Positions 11,801-26,200 of a stretch of DNA of 64,000 nt are shown here, in pieces. The notes below the pieces were generated by a model. It made no database searches, was not told where the DNA came from, and worked only from the letters and a program-made list of their open reading frames with translations. Origin of the DNA: Auanema rhodensis (Eukaryota; Animalia; Nematoda); NCBI GenBank assembly GCA_964057225.1, contig OZ059900.1, positions 22,506,001-22,570,000 on the forward strand, written 5' to 3'. Made by a program: the position numbers and the translations under genes. Numbering within the stretch: position 1 is the stretch's first letter; every line of letters starts with the position of its first letter.

Positions 11801-14800
11801 CGTCTAGTTCCACTTTCACGACAAAAAACAGGGGTTAGAAAATTAAGGAAATTAGCATATTCTGAGGGCACGCCCCTTATGGCTAATATTGATTAAATCG
11901 ATTTTTGTTCATATGAGTCGTCAAATGCAACGAATTTCAGCGTGTTACATACTAAAATGAAGCATTTTACATGCTGAACACTATAAAAATACAAAAACAC
12001 AGTATTTCCCATGAGAAATATTTTATTATGCTGGAAAACCAGTTTTTGGAAATTTCGCTGTAAACAAGGTTTTGACTTACGATTTCATGTGTTCAAACTC
12101 ATGCAATGTCAATGAAACCTAGCTCAAAATTGTTCCTACAACGTCTAATTCCACTTTCACGACAAAAAAACAGGGGTTAGAAAATTAAGGAAATTAGCAT
12201 ATTCTGAGGGCACGCCCCTTATGGCTAATATTGATTAAATCGATTTTTGTTCATATGAGTCGTCAAATGCAACGAATTTTAGCGTGTTACATACTAAAAT
12301 GAAGCATTTTACATGCTGAACACTAGAAAAATACAAAAACACAGTATTTCCCATGAGAAATATTTTATTATGCTGGAAAACCAGTTTTTGGAAATTTCGC
12401 TGTAAACAAGGTTTTGACTTACGATTTCATGTGTTCAAACTCATGCAATGTCAATGAAACCTAGCTCAAAATTGTTCGTACAACGTCTAGTTCCACTTTC
12501 ACGACAAAAAAACAGGGGTTAGAAAATTAAGGAAATTAGCATATTCTGAGGGCACGCCCCTTATGGCTAATATTGATTAAATCGATTTTTGTTCATATGA
12601 GTCGTCAAATGCAACGAATTTTAGCGTGTTACATACTAAAATGAAGCATTTTACATGCTGAACACTAGAAAAATACAAAAACACAGTATTTCCCATGAGA
12701 AATATTTTATTATGCTGGAAAACCAGTTTTTGGAAATTTCGCTGTAAACAAGGTTTTGACTTACGATTTCATGTGTTCAAACTCATGCAATGTCAATGAA
12801 ACCTAGCTCAAAATTGTTCGTACAACGTCTAGTTCCACTTTCACGACAAAAAAACAGGGGTTAGAAAATTAAGGAAATTAGCATATTCTGAGGGCACGCC
12901 CCTTATGGCTAATATTGATTAAATCGATTTTTGTTCATATGAGTCGTCAAATGCAACGAATTTCAGCGTATTACAAACTAAAATGAAGTATTTCACATGC
13001 TGAACACTAGAAAAATACAAAAACACAGTATTTCCCATGAGAAATATTTTATTATGCTGGAAAACCAGTTTTTGGAAATTTCGCTGTAAACAAGGTTTTG
13101 ACTTACGATTTCATGTGTTCAAACTCATGCAATGTCAATGAAACCTTGCTCAAAATTGTTCCTACAACGTCTAGTTCCACTTTCACGACAAAAAAACAGG
13201 GGTTAGAAAATTTAGGAAATTAGCATATTCTGAGGGCACGCCCCTTATGGCTAATATTGATTAAATCGATTTTTGTTCATATGAGTCGTCAAATGAAACG
13301 AATTTCAGGGTGTTACATACTAAAATGAAGCATTTTACATGCTGAACACTATAAAAATACAAAAACACAGTATTTCCCATGAGAAATATTTTATTATGCT
13401 GGAAAACCAGTTTTTGGAAAGTTCGCTGTAAACAAGGTTTTGACTTACGATTTCATGTGTTCAAACTCATGCAATGTCAATGAAACCTAGCTCAAAATTG
13501 TTCCTACAACGTCTAATTCCACTTTCACGACAAAAAAACAGGGGTTAGAAAATTAAGGAAATTAGCACATTCTGAGGGCACGCCCCTTATGGCTAATATT
13601 GATTAAATCGATTTTTGTTCATATGAGTCGTCAAATGCAACGAATTTCAGCGTGTTACATACTAAAATGAAGTATTTTACATGCTGAACACTAGAAAAAT
13701 ACAAAAACACAGTATTTCCCATGAGAAATATTTTATTATGCTGGAAAACCAGTTTTTGGAAATTTCGCTGTAAACAAGGTTTTGACTTACGATTTCATGT
13801 GTTCAAACTCATGCAATGTCAATGAAACCTAGCTCAAAATTGTTCCTACAACGTCTAGTTCCACTTTCACGACAAAAAACAGGGGTTAGAAAATTAAGGA
13901 AATTAGCATATTCTGAGGGCACGCCTCTATGGCTTATATTGATTAAATCGATTTTTGTTCATATGATTCGTCAAATGCATTGAATTTCAGCGTGTTACAT
14001 ACTAAAATGAAGTGTTTTACATGCTGAACACTAGAAAAATACAAAAACACAGTATTTCCCATGAGAAATATTTTATTATGCTGGAAAACCAGTTTTTGAA
14101 AATTTCGCTGTAAACAAGGTTTTGACTTACGATTTCATGTGTTCAAACTCATGCAATGTCAATGAAACCTAGCTCAAAATTGTTCCTACAACGTCTAGTT
14201 CCACTTTCACGACAAAAAACAGGGGTTAGAAAATTAAGGAAATTAGCATATTCTGAGGGCACGCCCCTTATGGCTAATATTGATTAAATCGATTTTTGTT
14301 CATATGAGTCGTCAAATGCAACGAATTTTAGCGTGTTACATACTAAAATGAAGCATTTTACATGCTGAACACTAGAAAAATACAAAAACACAGTATTTCC
14401 CATGAGAAATATTTTATTATGCTGGAAAACCAGTTTTTGGAAATTTCGCTGTAAACAAGGTTTTGACTTACGATTTCATGTGTTCAAACTCATGCAATGT
14501 CAGTGAAACCTAGCTCAAAATTGTTCGTACAACGTCTAGTTCCACTTTCACGACAAAAAAACAGGGGTTAGAAAATTAAGGAAATTAGCATATTCTGAGG
14601 GCACGCCCCTTATGGCTAATATTGATTAAATCGATTTTTGTTCATATGAGTCGTCAAATGCAACGAATTTTAGCGTGTTACATACTAAAATGAAGCATTT
14701 TACATGCTGAACACTAGAAAAATACAAAAACACAGTATTTCCCATGAGAAATATTTTATTATGCTGGAAAACCAGTTTTTGGAAATTTCGCTGTAAACAA

Positions 14801-17800
14801 GGTTTTGACTTACGATTTCATGTGTTCAAACTCATGCAATGTCAATGAAACCTAGCTCAAAATTGTTCGTACAACGTCTAGTTCCACTTTCACGACAAAA
14901 AAACAGGGGTTAGAAAATTAAGGAAATTAGCATATTCTGAGGGCACGCCCCTTATGGCTAATATTGATTAAATCGATTTTTGTTCATATGAGTCGTCAAA
15001 TGCAACGAATTTCAGCGTGTTACATACTAAAATGAAGCATTTTACATGCTGAACACTAGAAAAATACAAAAACACAGTATTTCCCATGAGAAATATTTTA
15101 TTATGCTGGAAAACCAGTTTTTGGAAATTTCGCTGTAAACAAGGTTTTGACTTACGATTTCATGTGTTCAAACTCATGCAATGTCAATGAAACCTAGCTC
15201 AAAATTGTTCCTACAACGTCTAGTTCCACTTTCACGACAAAAAAACAGGGGTTAGAAAATTTAGGAAATTAGCATATTCTGAGGGCACGCCCCTTATGGC
15301 TAATATTGATTAAATCGATTTTTGTTCATATGAGTCGTCAAATGCAACGAATTTCAGCGTATTACAAACTAAAATGAAGTATTTCACATGCTGAACACTA
15401 GAAAAATACAAAAACACAGTATTTCCCATGAGAAATATTTTATTATGCTGGAAAACCAGTTTTTGGAAATTTCGCTGTAAACAAGGTTTTGACTTACGAT
15501 TTCATGTGTTCAAACTCATGCAATGTCAATGAAACCTTGCTCAAAATTGTTCCTACAACGTCTAGTTCCACTTTCACGACAAAAAAACAGGGGTTAGAAA
15601 ATTTAGGAAATTAGCATATTCTGAGGGCACGCCCCTTATGGCTAATATTGATTAAATCGATTTTTGTTCATATGAGTCGTCAAATGAAACGAATTTCAGG
15701 GTGTTACATACTAAAATGAAGCATTTTACATGCTGAACACTATAAAAATACAAAAACACAGTATTTCCCATGAGAAATATTTTATTATGCTGGAAAACCA
15801 GTTTTTGGAAAGTTCGCTGTAAACAAGGTTTTGACTTACGATTTCATGTGTTCAAACTCATGCAATGTCAATGAAACCTAGCTCAAAATTGTTCCTACAA
15901 CGTCTAATTCCACTTTCACGACAAAAAAACAGGGGTTAGAAAATTAAGGAAATTAGCACATTCTGAGGGCACGCCCCTTATGGCTAATATTGATTAAATC
16001 GATTTTTGTTCATATGAGTCGTCAAATGCAACGAATTTCAGCGTGTTACATACTAAAATGAAGTATTTTACATGCTGAACACTAGAAAAATACAAAAACA
16101 CAGTATTTCCCATGAGAAATATTTTATTATGCTGGAAAACCAGTTTTTGGAAATTTCGCTGTAAACAAGGTTTTGACTTACGATTTCATGTGTTCAAACT
16201 CATGCAATGTCAATGAAACCTAGCTCAAAATTGTTCCTACAACGTCTAGTTCCACTTTCACGACAAAAAAACAGGGGTTAGAAAATTTAGGAAATTAGCA
16301 TATTCTGAGGGCACGCCCCTTATGGCTAATATTGATTAAATCGATTTTTGTTCATATGAGTCGTCAAATGCAACGAATTTCAGCGTATTACAAACTAAAA
16401 TGAAGTATTTCACATGCTGAACACTAGAAAAATACAAAAACACAGTATTTCCCATGAGAAATATTTTATTATGCTGGAAAACCAGTTTTTGGAAATTTCG
16501 CTGTAAACAAGGTTTTGACTTACGATTTCATGTGTTCAAACTCATGCAATGTCAATGAAACCTAGCTCAAAATTGTTCGTACAACGTCTAGTTCCACTTT
16601 CACGACAAAAAAACAGGGGTTAGAAAATTAAGGAAATTAGCATATTCTGAGGGCACGCCCCTTATGGCTAATATTGATTAAATCGATTTTTGTTCATATG
16701 AGTCGTCAAATGCAACGAATTTCAGCGTATTACAAACTAAAATGAAGTATTTCACATGCTGATCACTAGAAAAATACAAAAACACAATATTTCCCATGAG
16801 AAATATTTTATTATGCTGGAAAACCAGTTTTTGGAAAGTTCGCTGTAAACAAGGTTTTGACTTACGATTTCATGTGTTCAAACTCATGCAATGTCAATGA
16901 AACCTAGCTCAAAATTGTTCCTACAACGTCTAATTCCACTTTCACGACAAAAAAACAGGGGTTAGAAAATTAAGGAAATTAGCACATTCTGAGGGCACGC
17001 CCCTTATGGCTAATATTGATTAAATCGATTTTTGTTCATATGAGTCGTCAAATGCAACGAATTTCAGCGTGTTACATACTAAAATGAAGTATTTTACATG
17101 CTGAACACTAGAGAAATACAAAAACACAGTATTTCCCATAAGAAATATTTTATTATGCTGGAAAACCAGTTTTTGGAAATTTCGCTGTAAACAAGGTTTT
17201 GACTTACGATTTCATGTGTTCAAACTCATGCAATGTCAATGAAACCTAGCTCAAAATTGTTCGTACAACGTCTAGTTCCACTTTCACGACAAAAAAACAG
17301 GGGTTAGAAAATTAAGGAAATTAGCATATTCTGAGGGCACGCCCCTTATGGCTAATATTGATTAAATCGATTTTTGTTCATATGAGTAGTCAAATGCAAC
17401 GAATTTCAGCGTGTTACATACTTAAATGAAGCATTTTACATGCTGAACACTAGAAAAATACAAAAACACAGTATTTCCCATGAGAAATATTTTATTATAC
17501 TGGAAACCAGTTTTTGGAATTTTCGCTGTAAACAAAGTTTTGACTTACAATTTCATGTGTTCAAACTCATGCAATGTCAATGAAACCTAGCTCAAAATTG
17601 TTCGTACAACGTCTAGTTCCACTTTCACGACAAAAAAACAGGGGTTAGAAAATTAAGGAAATTAGCATATTCTGAGGGCACGCCCCTTATGGCTAATATT
17701 GATTAAATCGATTTTTGTTCATATGAGTCGTCAAATGAAACGAATTTCAGGGTGTTACATACTAAAATGAAGCATTTTACATGCTGAACACTATAAAAAT

Positions 17801-20800
17801 ACAAAAACACAGTATTTCCCATGAGAAATATTTTATTATGCTGGAAAACCAGTTTTTGGAAAGTTCGCTGTAAACAAGGTTTTGACTTACGATTTCATGT
17901 GTTCAAACTCATGCAATGTCAATGAAACCTAGCTCAAAATTGTTCCTACAACGTCTAATTCCACTTTCACGACAAAAAAACAGGGGTTAGAAAATTAAGG
18001 AAATTAGCACATTCTGAGGGCACGCCCCTTATGGCTAATATTGATTAAATCGATTTTTGTTCATATGAGTCGTCAAATGCAACGAATTTCAGCGTGTTAC
18101 ATACTAAAATGAAGTATTTTACATGCTGAACACTAGAAAAATACAAAAACACAGTATTTCCCATGAGAAATATTTTATTATGCTGGAAAACCAGTTTTTG
18201 GAAATTTCGCTGTAAACAAGGTTTTGACTTACGATTTCATGTGTTCAAACTCATGCAATGTCAATGAAACCTAGCTCAAAATTGTTCCTACAACGTCTAG
18301 TTCCACTTTCACGACAAAAAAACAGGGGTTAGAAAATTTAGGAAATTAGCATATTCTGAGGGCACGCCCCTTATGGCTAATATTGATTAAATCGATTTTT
18401 GTTCATATGAGTCGTCAAATGCAACGAATTTCAGCGTATTACAAACTAAAAAGAAGTATTTCACATGCTGATCACTAGAAAAATACAAAAACACAATATT
18501 TCCCATGAGAAATATTTTATTATGCTGGAAAACCAGTTTTTGGAAAGTTCGCTGTAAACAAGGTTTTGACTTACGATTTCATGTGTTCAAACTCATGCAA
18601 TGTCAATGAAACCTAGCTCAAAATTGTTCCTACAACGTCTAATTCCACTTTCACGACAAAAAAACAGGGGTTAGAAAATTAAGGAAATTAGCACATTCTG
18701 AGGGCACGCCCCTTATGGCTAATATTGATTAAATCGATTTTTGTTCATATGAGTCGTCAAATGCAACGAATTTCAGCGTGTTACATACTAAAATGAAGTA
18801 TTTTACATGCTGAACACTAGAGAAATACAAAAACACAGTATTTCCCATAAGAAATATTTTATTATGCTGGAAAACCAGTTTTTGGAAATTTCGCTGTAAA
18901 CAAGGTTTTGACTTACGATTTCATGTGTTCAAACTCATGCAATGTCAATGAAACCTAGCTCAAAATTGTTCGTACAACGTCTAGTTCCACTTTCACGACA
19001 AAAAAACAGGGGTTAGAAAATTAAGGAAATTAGCATATTCTGAGGGCACGCCCCTTATGGCTAATATTGATTAAATCGATTTTTGTTCATATGAGTAGTC
19101 AAATGCAACGAATTTCAGCGTGTTACATACTTAAATGAAGCATTTTACATGCTGAACACTAGAAAAATACAAAAACACAGTATTTCCCATGAGAAATATT
19201 TTATTATGCTGGAAACCAGTTTTTGGAATTTTCGCTGTAAACAAGGTTTTGACTTACGATTTCATGTGTTCAAACTCATGCAATGTCAATGAAACCTAGC
19301 TCAAAATTGTTCGTACAACGTCTAGTTCCACTTTCACGACAAAAAAACAGGGGTTAGAAAATTAAGGAAATTAGCATATTCTGAGGGCACGCCCCTTATG
19401 GCTAATATTGATTAAATCGATTTTTGTTCATATGAGTCGTCAAATGCAACGAATTTTAGCGTGTTACATACTAAAATGAAGCATTTTACATGCTGAACAC
19501 TAGAAAAATACAAAAACACAGTATTTCCCATGAGAAATATTTTATTATGCTGGAAAACCAGTTTTTGGAAATTTCGCTGTAAACAAGGTTTTGACTTACG
19601 ATTTCATGTGTTCAAACTCATGCAATGTCAATGAAACCTAGCTCAAAATTGTTCGTACAACGTCTAGTTCCACTTTCACGACAAAAAAACAGGGGTTAGA
19701 AAATTAAGGAAATTAGCATATTCTGAGGGCACGCCCCTTATGGCTAATATTGATTAAATCGATTTTTGTTCATATGAGTCGTCAAATGCAACGAATTTCA
19801 GCGTGTTACATACTAAAATGAAGCATTTTACATGCTGAACACTAGAAAAATACAAAAACACAGTATTTCCCATGAGAAATATTTTATTATGCTGGAAAAC
19901 CAGTTTTTGGAAATTTCGCTGTAAACAAGGTTTTGACTTACGATTTCATGTGTTCAAACTCATGCAATGTCAATGAAACCTAGCTCAAAATTGTTCCTAC
20001 AACGTCTAGTTCCACTTTCACGACAAAAAAACAGGGGTTAGAAAATTTAGGAAATTAGCATATTCTGAGGGCACGCCCCTTATGGCTAATATTGATTAAA
20101 TCGATTTTTGTTCATATGAGTCGTCAAATGCAACGAATTTCAGCGTATTACAAACTAAAATGAAGTATTTCACATGCTGAACACTAGAAAAATACAAAAA
20201 CACAGTATTTCCCATGAGAAATATTTTATTATGCTGGAAAACCAGTTTTTGGAAATTTCGCTGTAAACAAGGTTTTGACTTACGATTTCATGTGTTCAAA
20301 CTCATGCAATGTCAATGAAACCTTGCTCAAAATTGTTCCTACAACGTCTAGTTCCACTTTCACGACAAAAAAACAGGGGTTAGAAAATTTAGGAAATTAG
20401 CATATTCTGAGGGCACGCCCCTTATGGCTAATATTGATTAAATCGATTTTTGTTCATATGAGTCGTCAAATGAAACGAATTTCAGGGTGTTACATACTAA
20501 AATGAAGCATTTTACATGCTGAACACTATAAAAATACAAAAACACAGTATTTCCCATGAGAAATATTTTATTATGCTGGAAAACCAGTTTTTGGAAAGTT
20601 CGCTGTAAACAAGGTTTTGACTTACGATTTCATGTGTTCAAACTCATGCAATGTCAATGAAACCTAGCTCAAAATTGTTCCTACAACGTCTAATTCCACT
20701 TTCACGACAAAAAAACAGGGGTTAGAAAATTAAGGAAATTAGCACATTCTGAGGGCACGCCCCTTATGGCTAATATTGATTAAATCGATTTTTGTTCATA

Positions 20801-23240
20801 TGAGTCGTCAAATGCAACGAATTTCAGCGTGTTACATACTAAAATGAAGTATTTTACATGCTGAACACTAGAAAAATACAAAAACACAGTATTTCCCATG
20901 AGAAATATTTTATTATGCTGGAAAACCAGTTTTTGGAAATTTCGCTGTAAACAAGGTTTTGACTTACGATTTCATGTGTTCAAACTCATGCAATGTCAAT
21001 GAAACCTAGCTCAAAATTGTTCCTACAACGTCTAGTTCCACTTTCACGACAAAAAAACAGGGGTTAGAAAATTTAGGAAATTAGCATATTCTGAGGGCAC
21101 GCCCCTTATGGCTAATATTGATTAAATCGATTTTTGTTCATATGAGTCGTCAAATGCAACGAATTTCAGCGTATTACAAACTAAAATGAAGTATTTCACA
21201 TGCTGAACACTAGAAAAATACAAAAACACAGTATTTCCCATGAGAAATATTTTATTATGCTGGAAAACCAGTTTTTGGAAAGTTCGCTGTAAACAAGGTT
21301 TTGACTTACGATTTCATGTGTTCAAACTCATGCAATGTCAATGAAACCTAGCTCAAAATTGTTCCTACAACGTCTAATTCCACTTTCACGACAAAAAAAC
21401 AGGGGTTAGAAAATTAAGGAAATTAGCACATTCTGAGGGCACGCCCCTTATGGCTAATATTGATTAAATCGGTTTTTGTTCATATGAGTCGTCAAATGCA
21501 ACGAATTTCAGCGTGTTACATACTAAAATGAAGTATTTTACATGCTGAACACTAGAAAAATACAAAAACACAGTATTTCCCATGAGAAATATTTTATTAT
21601 GCTGGAAAACCAGTTTTTGGAAAGTTCGCTGTAAACAAGGTTTTGACTTACGATTTCATGTGTTCAAACTCATGCAATGTCAATGAAACCTAGCTCAAAA
21701 TTGTTCCTACAACGTCTAATTCCACTTTCACGACAAAAAAACAGGGGTTAGAAAATTAAGGAAATTAGCACATTCTGAGGGCACGCCCCTTATGGCTAAT
21801 ATTGATTAAATCGATTTTTGTTCATATGAGTCGTCAAATGCAACGAATTTCAGCGTGTTACATACTAAAATGAAGTATTTTACATGCTGAACACTAGAGA
21901 AATACAAAAACACAGTATTTCCCATAAGAAATATTTTATTATGCTGGAAAACCAGTTTTTGGAAATTTCGCTGTAAACAAGGTTTTGACTTACGATTTCA
22001 TGTGTTCAAACTCATGCAATGTCAATGAAACCTAGCTCAAAATTGTTCGTACAACGTCTAGTTCCACTTTCACGACAAAAAAACAGGGGTTAGAAAATTA
22101 AGGAAATTAGCATATTCTGAGGGCACGCCCCTTATGGCTAATATTGATTAAATCGATTTTTGTTCATATGAGTAGTCAAATGCAACGAATTTCAGCGTGT
22201 TACATACTTAAATGAAGCATTTTACATGCTGAACACTAGAAAAATACAAAAACACAGTATTTCCCATGAGAAATATTTTATTATACTGGAAACCAGTTTT
22301 TGGAATTTTCGCTGTAAACAAGGTTTTGACTTACAATTTCATGTGTTCAAACTCATGCAATGTCAATGAAACCTAGCTCAAAATTGTTCGTACAACGTCT
22401 AGTTCCACTTTCACGACAAAAAAACAGGGGTTAGAAAATTTAGGAAATTAGCATATTCTGAGGGCACGCCCCTTATGGCTAATATTGATTAAATCGATTT
22501 TTGTTCATATGAGTCGTCAAATGCAACGAATTTCAGCGTATTACAAACTAAAATGAAGTATTTCACATGCTGAACACTAGAAAAATACAAAAACACAATA
22601 TTTCCCATGAGAAATATTTTATTATGCTGGAAAACCAGTTTTTGGAAAGTTCGCTGTAAACAAGGTTTTGACTTACGATTTCATGTGTTCAAACTCATGC
22701 AATGTCAATGAAACCTAGCTCAAAATTGTTCCTACAACGTCTAATTCCACTTTCACGACAAAAAAACAGGGGTTAGAAAATTAAGGAAATTAGCACATTC
22801 TGAGGGCACGCCCCTTATGGCTAATATTGATTAAATCGATTTTTGTTCATATGAGTCGTCAAATGCAACGAATTTCAGCGTGTTACATACTAAAATGAAG
22901 TATTTTACATGCTGAACACTAGAGAAATACAAAAACACAGTATTTCCCATAAGAAATATTTTATTATGCTGGAAAACCAGTTTTTGGAAATTTCGCTGTA
23001 AACAAGGTTTTGACTTACGATTTCATGTGTTCAAACTCATGCAATGTCAATGAAACCTAGCTCAAAATTGTTCGTACAACGTCTAGTTCCACTTTCACGA
23101 CAAAAAAACAGGGGTTAGAAAATTAAGGAAATTAGCATATTCTGAGGGCACGCCCCTTATGGCTAATATTGATTAAATCGATTTTTGTTCATATGAGTAG
23201 TCAAATGCAACGAATTTCAGCGTGTTACATACTTAAATGA
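8883..23240 (+). repeat. Satellite sub-domain with irregular short HOR cassettes
   Basis: The markers GAAACG+CAGGGTG, CCTTGC, GTATTACAAAC, TATTTCAC, TTTTAGCG and ACTAGAGA are concentrated here and recur at whole-monomer offsets. Confidence 0.8.
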
Positions 23241-26200
23241 AGCATTTTACATGCTGAACACTAGAAAAATACAAAAACACAGTATTTCCCATGAGAAATA
23301 TTTTATTATGCTGGAAACCAGTTTTTGGAATTTTCGCTGTAAACAAGGTTTTGACTTACGATTTCATGTGTTCAAACTCATGCAATGTCAATAAAACCTA
23401 GCTCAAAATTGTTCGTACAACGTCTAGTTCCACTTTCACGACAAAAAAACAGGGGTTAGAAAATTTAGGAAATTAGCATATTCTGAGGGCACGCCCCTTA
23501 TGGCTAATATTGATTAAATCGATTTTTGTTCATATAAGTCGTCAAATGCAACGAATTTCAGCGTGTTACATACTAAAATGAAGTATTTTACATGCTGAAC
23601 ACTAGAAAAATACAAAAACACAGTATTTCCCATGAGAAATATTTTATTATGCTGGAAAACCAGTTTTTGGAAATTTCGCTGTAAACAAGGTTATGACTTA
23701 CGATTTCATGTGTTCAAACTCATGCAATGTCAATGAAACCTAGCTCAAAATTGTTCGTACAACGTCTAGTTCCACTTTCACGACAAAAAAACAGGGGTTA
23801 GAAAATTTAGGAAATTAGCATATTCTGAGGGCACGCCCCTTATGGCTAATATTGATTAAATCGATTTTTGTTCATATGAGTCGTCAAATGCAACGAATTT
23901 CAGCGTGTTACATACTAAAATGAAGTATTTTACATGCTGAACACTAGAAAAATACAAAAACACAGTATTTCCCATGAGAAATATTTTATTATGCTGGAAA
24001 ACCAGTTTTTGGAAATTTCGCTGTAAACAAGGTTTTGACTTACGATTTCATGTGTTCAAACTCATGCAATGTCAATGAAACCTAGCTCAAAATTGTTCCT
24101 ACAACGTCTAGTTCCACTTTCACGACAAAAAACAGGGGTTAGAAAATTAAGGAAATTAGCATATTCTGAGGGCACGCCCCTCATGGCTAATATTGATTAA
24201 ATCGATTTTTGTTCATATGAGTCGTCAAATGCAACGAATTTCAGCGTGTTACATACTAAAATGAAGCATTTTACATGCTGAACACTAGAAAAATACAAAA
24301 ACACAGTATTTCCCATGAGAAATATTTTATTATGCTGGAAAACCACTTTTTGGAAATTTCGCTGTAAACAAGGTTTTGACTTACGATTTCATGTGTTCAA
24401 ACTCATGCAATGTCAATGAAACCTAGCTCAAAACTGTTCCTACAACGTCTAGTTCCACTTTCACGACAAAAAAACAGGGGTTAGAAAATTAAGGAAATTA
24501 GCATATTCTGAGGGCACGACCTTTATGGCTAATATTGATTAAATCGATTTTTGTTCATATGAGTCGTCAAATGCAACGAATTTCAGCGTGTTACATACTA
24601 AAGTGAAGCATTTTACATGCTGAACACTATAAAAATACAAAAACACAGTATTTCCCATGAGAAATATTTTATTATGCTGGAAAACCAGTTTTTGGAAATT
24701 TCGCTGTAAACAAGGTTTTGACTTACGATTTCATGTGTTCAAACTCATGCAATGTCAATGAAACCTAGCTCAAAACTGTTCGTACAACGTCTAGTTCCAC
24801 TTTCACGACAAAAAAACAGGGGTTAGAAAATTTAGGAAATTAGCATATTCTGAGGGCACGCCCCTTATGGCTAATATTGATTAAATCGATTTTTGTTCAT
24901 ATGAGTCGTCAAATGCAACGAATTTCAGCGTGTTACATACTAAAATGAAGTATTTTACATGCTGAACACTAGAAAAATACAAAAACACAGTATTTCCCAT
25001 AAGAAATATTTTATTATGCTGGAAAACCAGTTTTTGGAAATTTCGCTGTAAACAAGGTTTTGACTTACGATTTCATGTGTTCAAACTCATGCAATGTCAA
25101 TGAAACCTAGCTCAAAATTGTTCGTACAACGTCTAGTTCCACTTTCACGACAAAAAAACAGGGGTTAGAAAATTAAGGAAATTAGCATATTCTGAGGGCA
25201 CGCCCCTTATGGCTAATATTGATTAAATCGATTTTTGTTCATATGAGTCGTCAAATGCAACGAATTTCAGCGTGTTACATACTGAAATGAAGCATTTTAC
25301 ATGCTGAACACTAGAAAAATACAAAAACACAGTTTTTCCCATGAGAAATATTTTATTATGCTGGAAAACCAGTTTTTGGAAATTTCGCTGTAAACAAGGT
25401 TTTGACTTACGATTTCATGTGTTCAAACTCATGCAATGTCAATGAAACCTAGCTCAAAACTGTTCGTACAACGTCTAGTTCCACTTTCACGACAAAAAAA
25501 CAGGGGTTAGAAAATTTAGGAAATTAGCATATTCTGAGGGCACGCCCCTTATGGCTAATATTGATTAAATCGATTTTTGTTCATATGAGTCGTCAAATGC
25601 AACGAATTTCAGCGTGTTACATACTAAAATGAAGTATTTTACATGCTGAACACTAGAAAAATACAAAAACACAGTATTTCCCATAAGAAATATTTTATTA
25701 TGCTGGAAAACCAGTTTTTGGAAATTTCGCTGTAAACAAGGTTTTGACTTACGATTTCATGTGTTCAAACTCATGCAATGTCAATGAAACCTTGCTCAAA
25801 ATTGTTCCTACAACGTCTAGTTACACTTTCACGACAAAAAAACAGGGGTTAGAAAATTAAGGAAATTAGCATATTCTGAGGGCACGCCCCTTATGGCTAA
25901 TATTGATTAAATCGATTTTTGTGCATATGAGTCGTCAAATGCAACGAATTTCAGCGTGTTACATACTAAAATGAAGTATTTTACATGCTGAACACTAGAA
26001 AAATACAAAAACACAGTATTTCCCATGAGAAATATTTTATTATGCTGGAAAACCAGTTTTTGGAAATTTCGCTGTAAACAAGGTTTTGACTTACGATTTC
26101 ATGTGTTCAAACTCATGCAATGTCAATGAAACCTAGCTCAAAATTGTTCGTACAACGTCTAGTTCCACTTTCACGACAAAAAAACAGGGGTTAGAAAATT

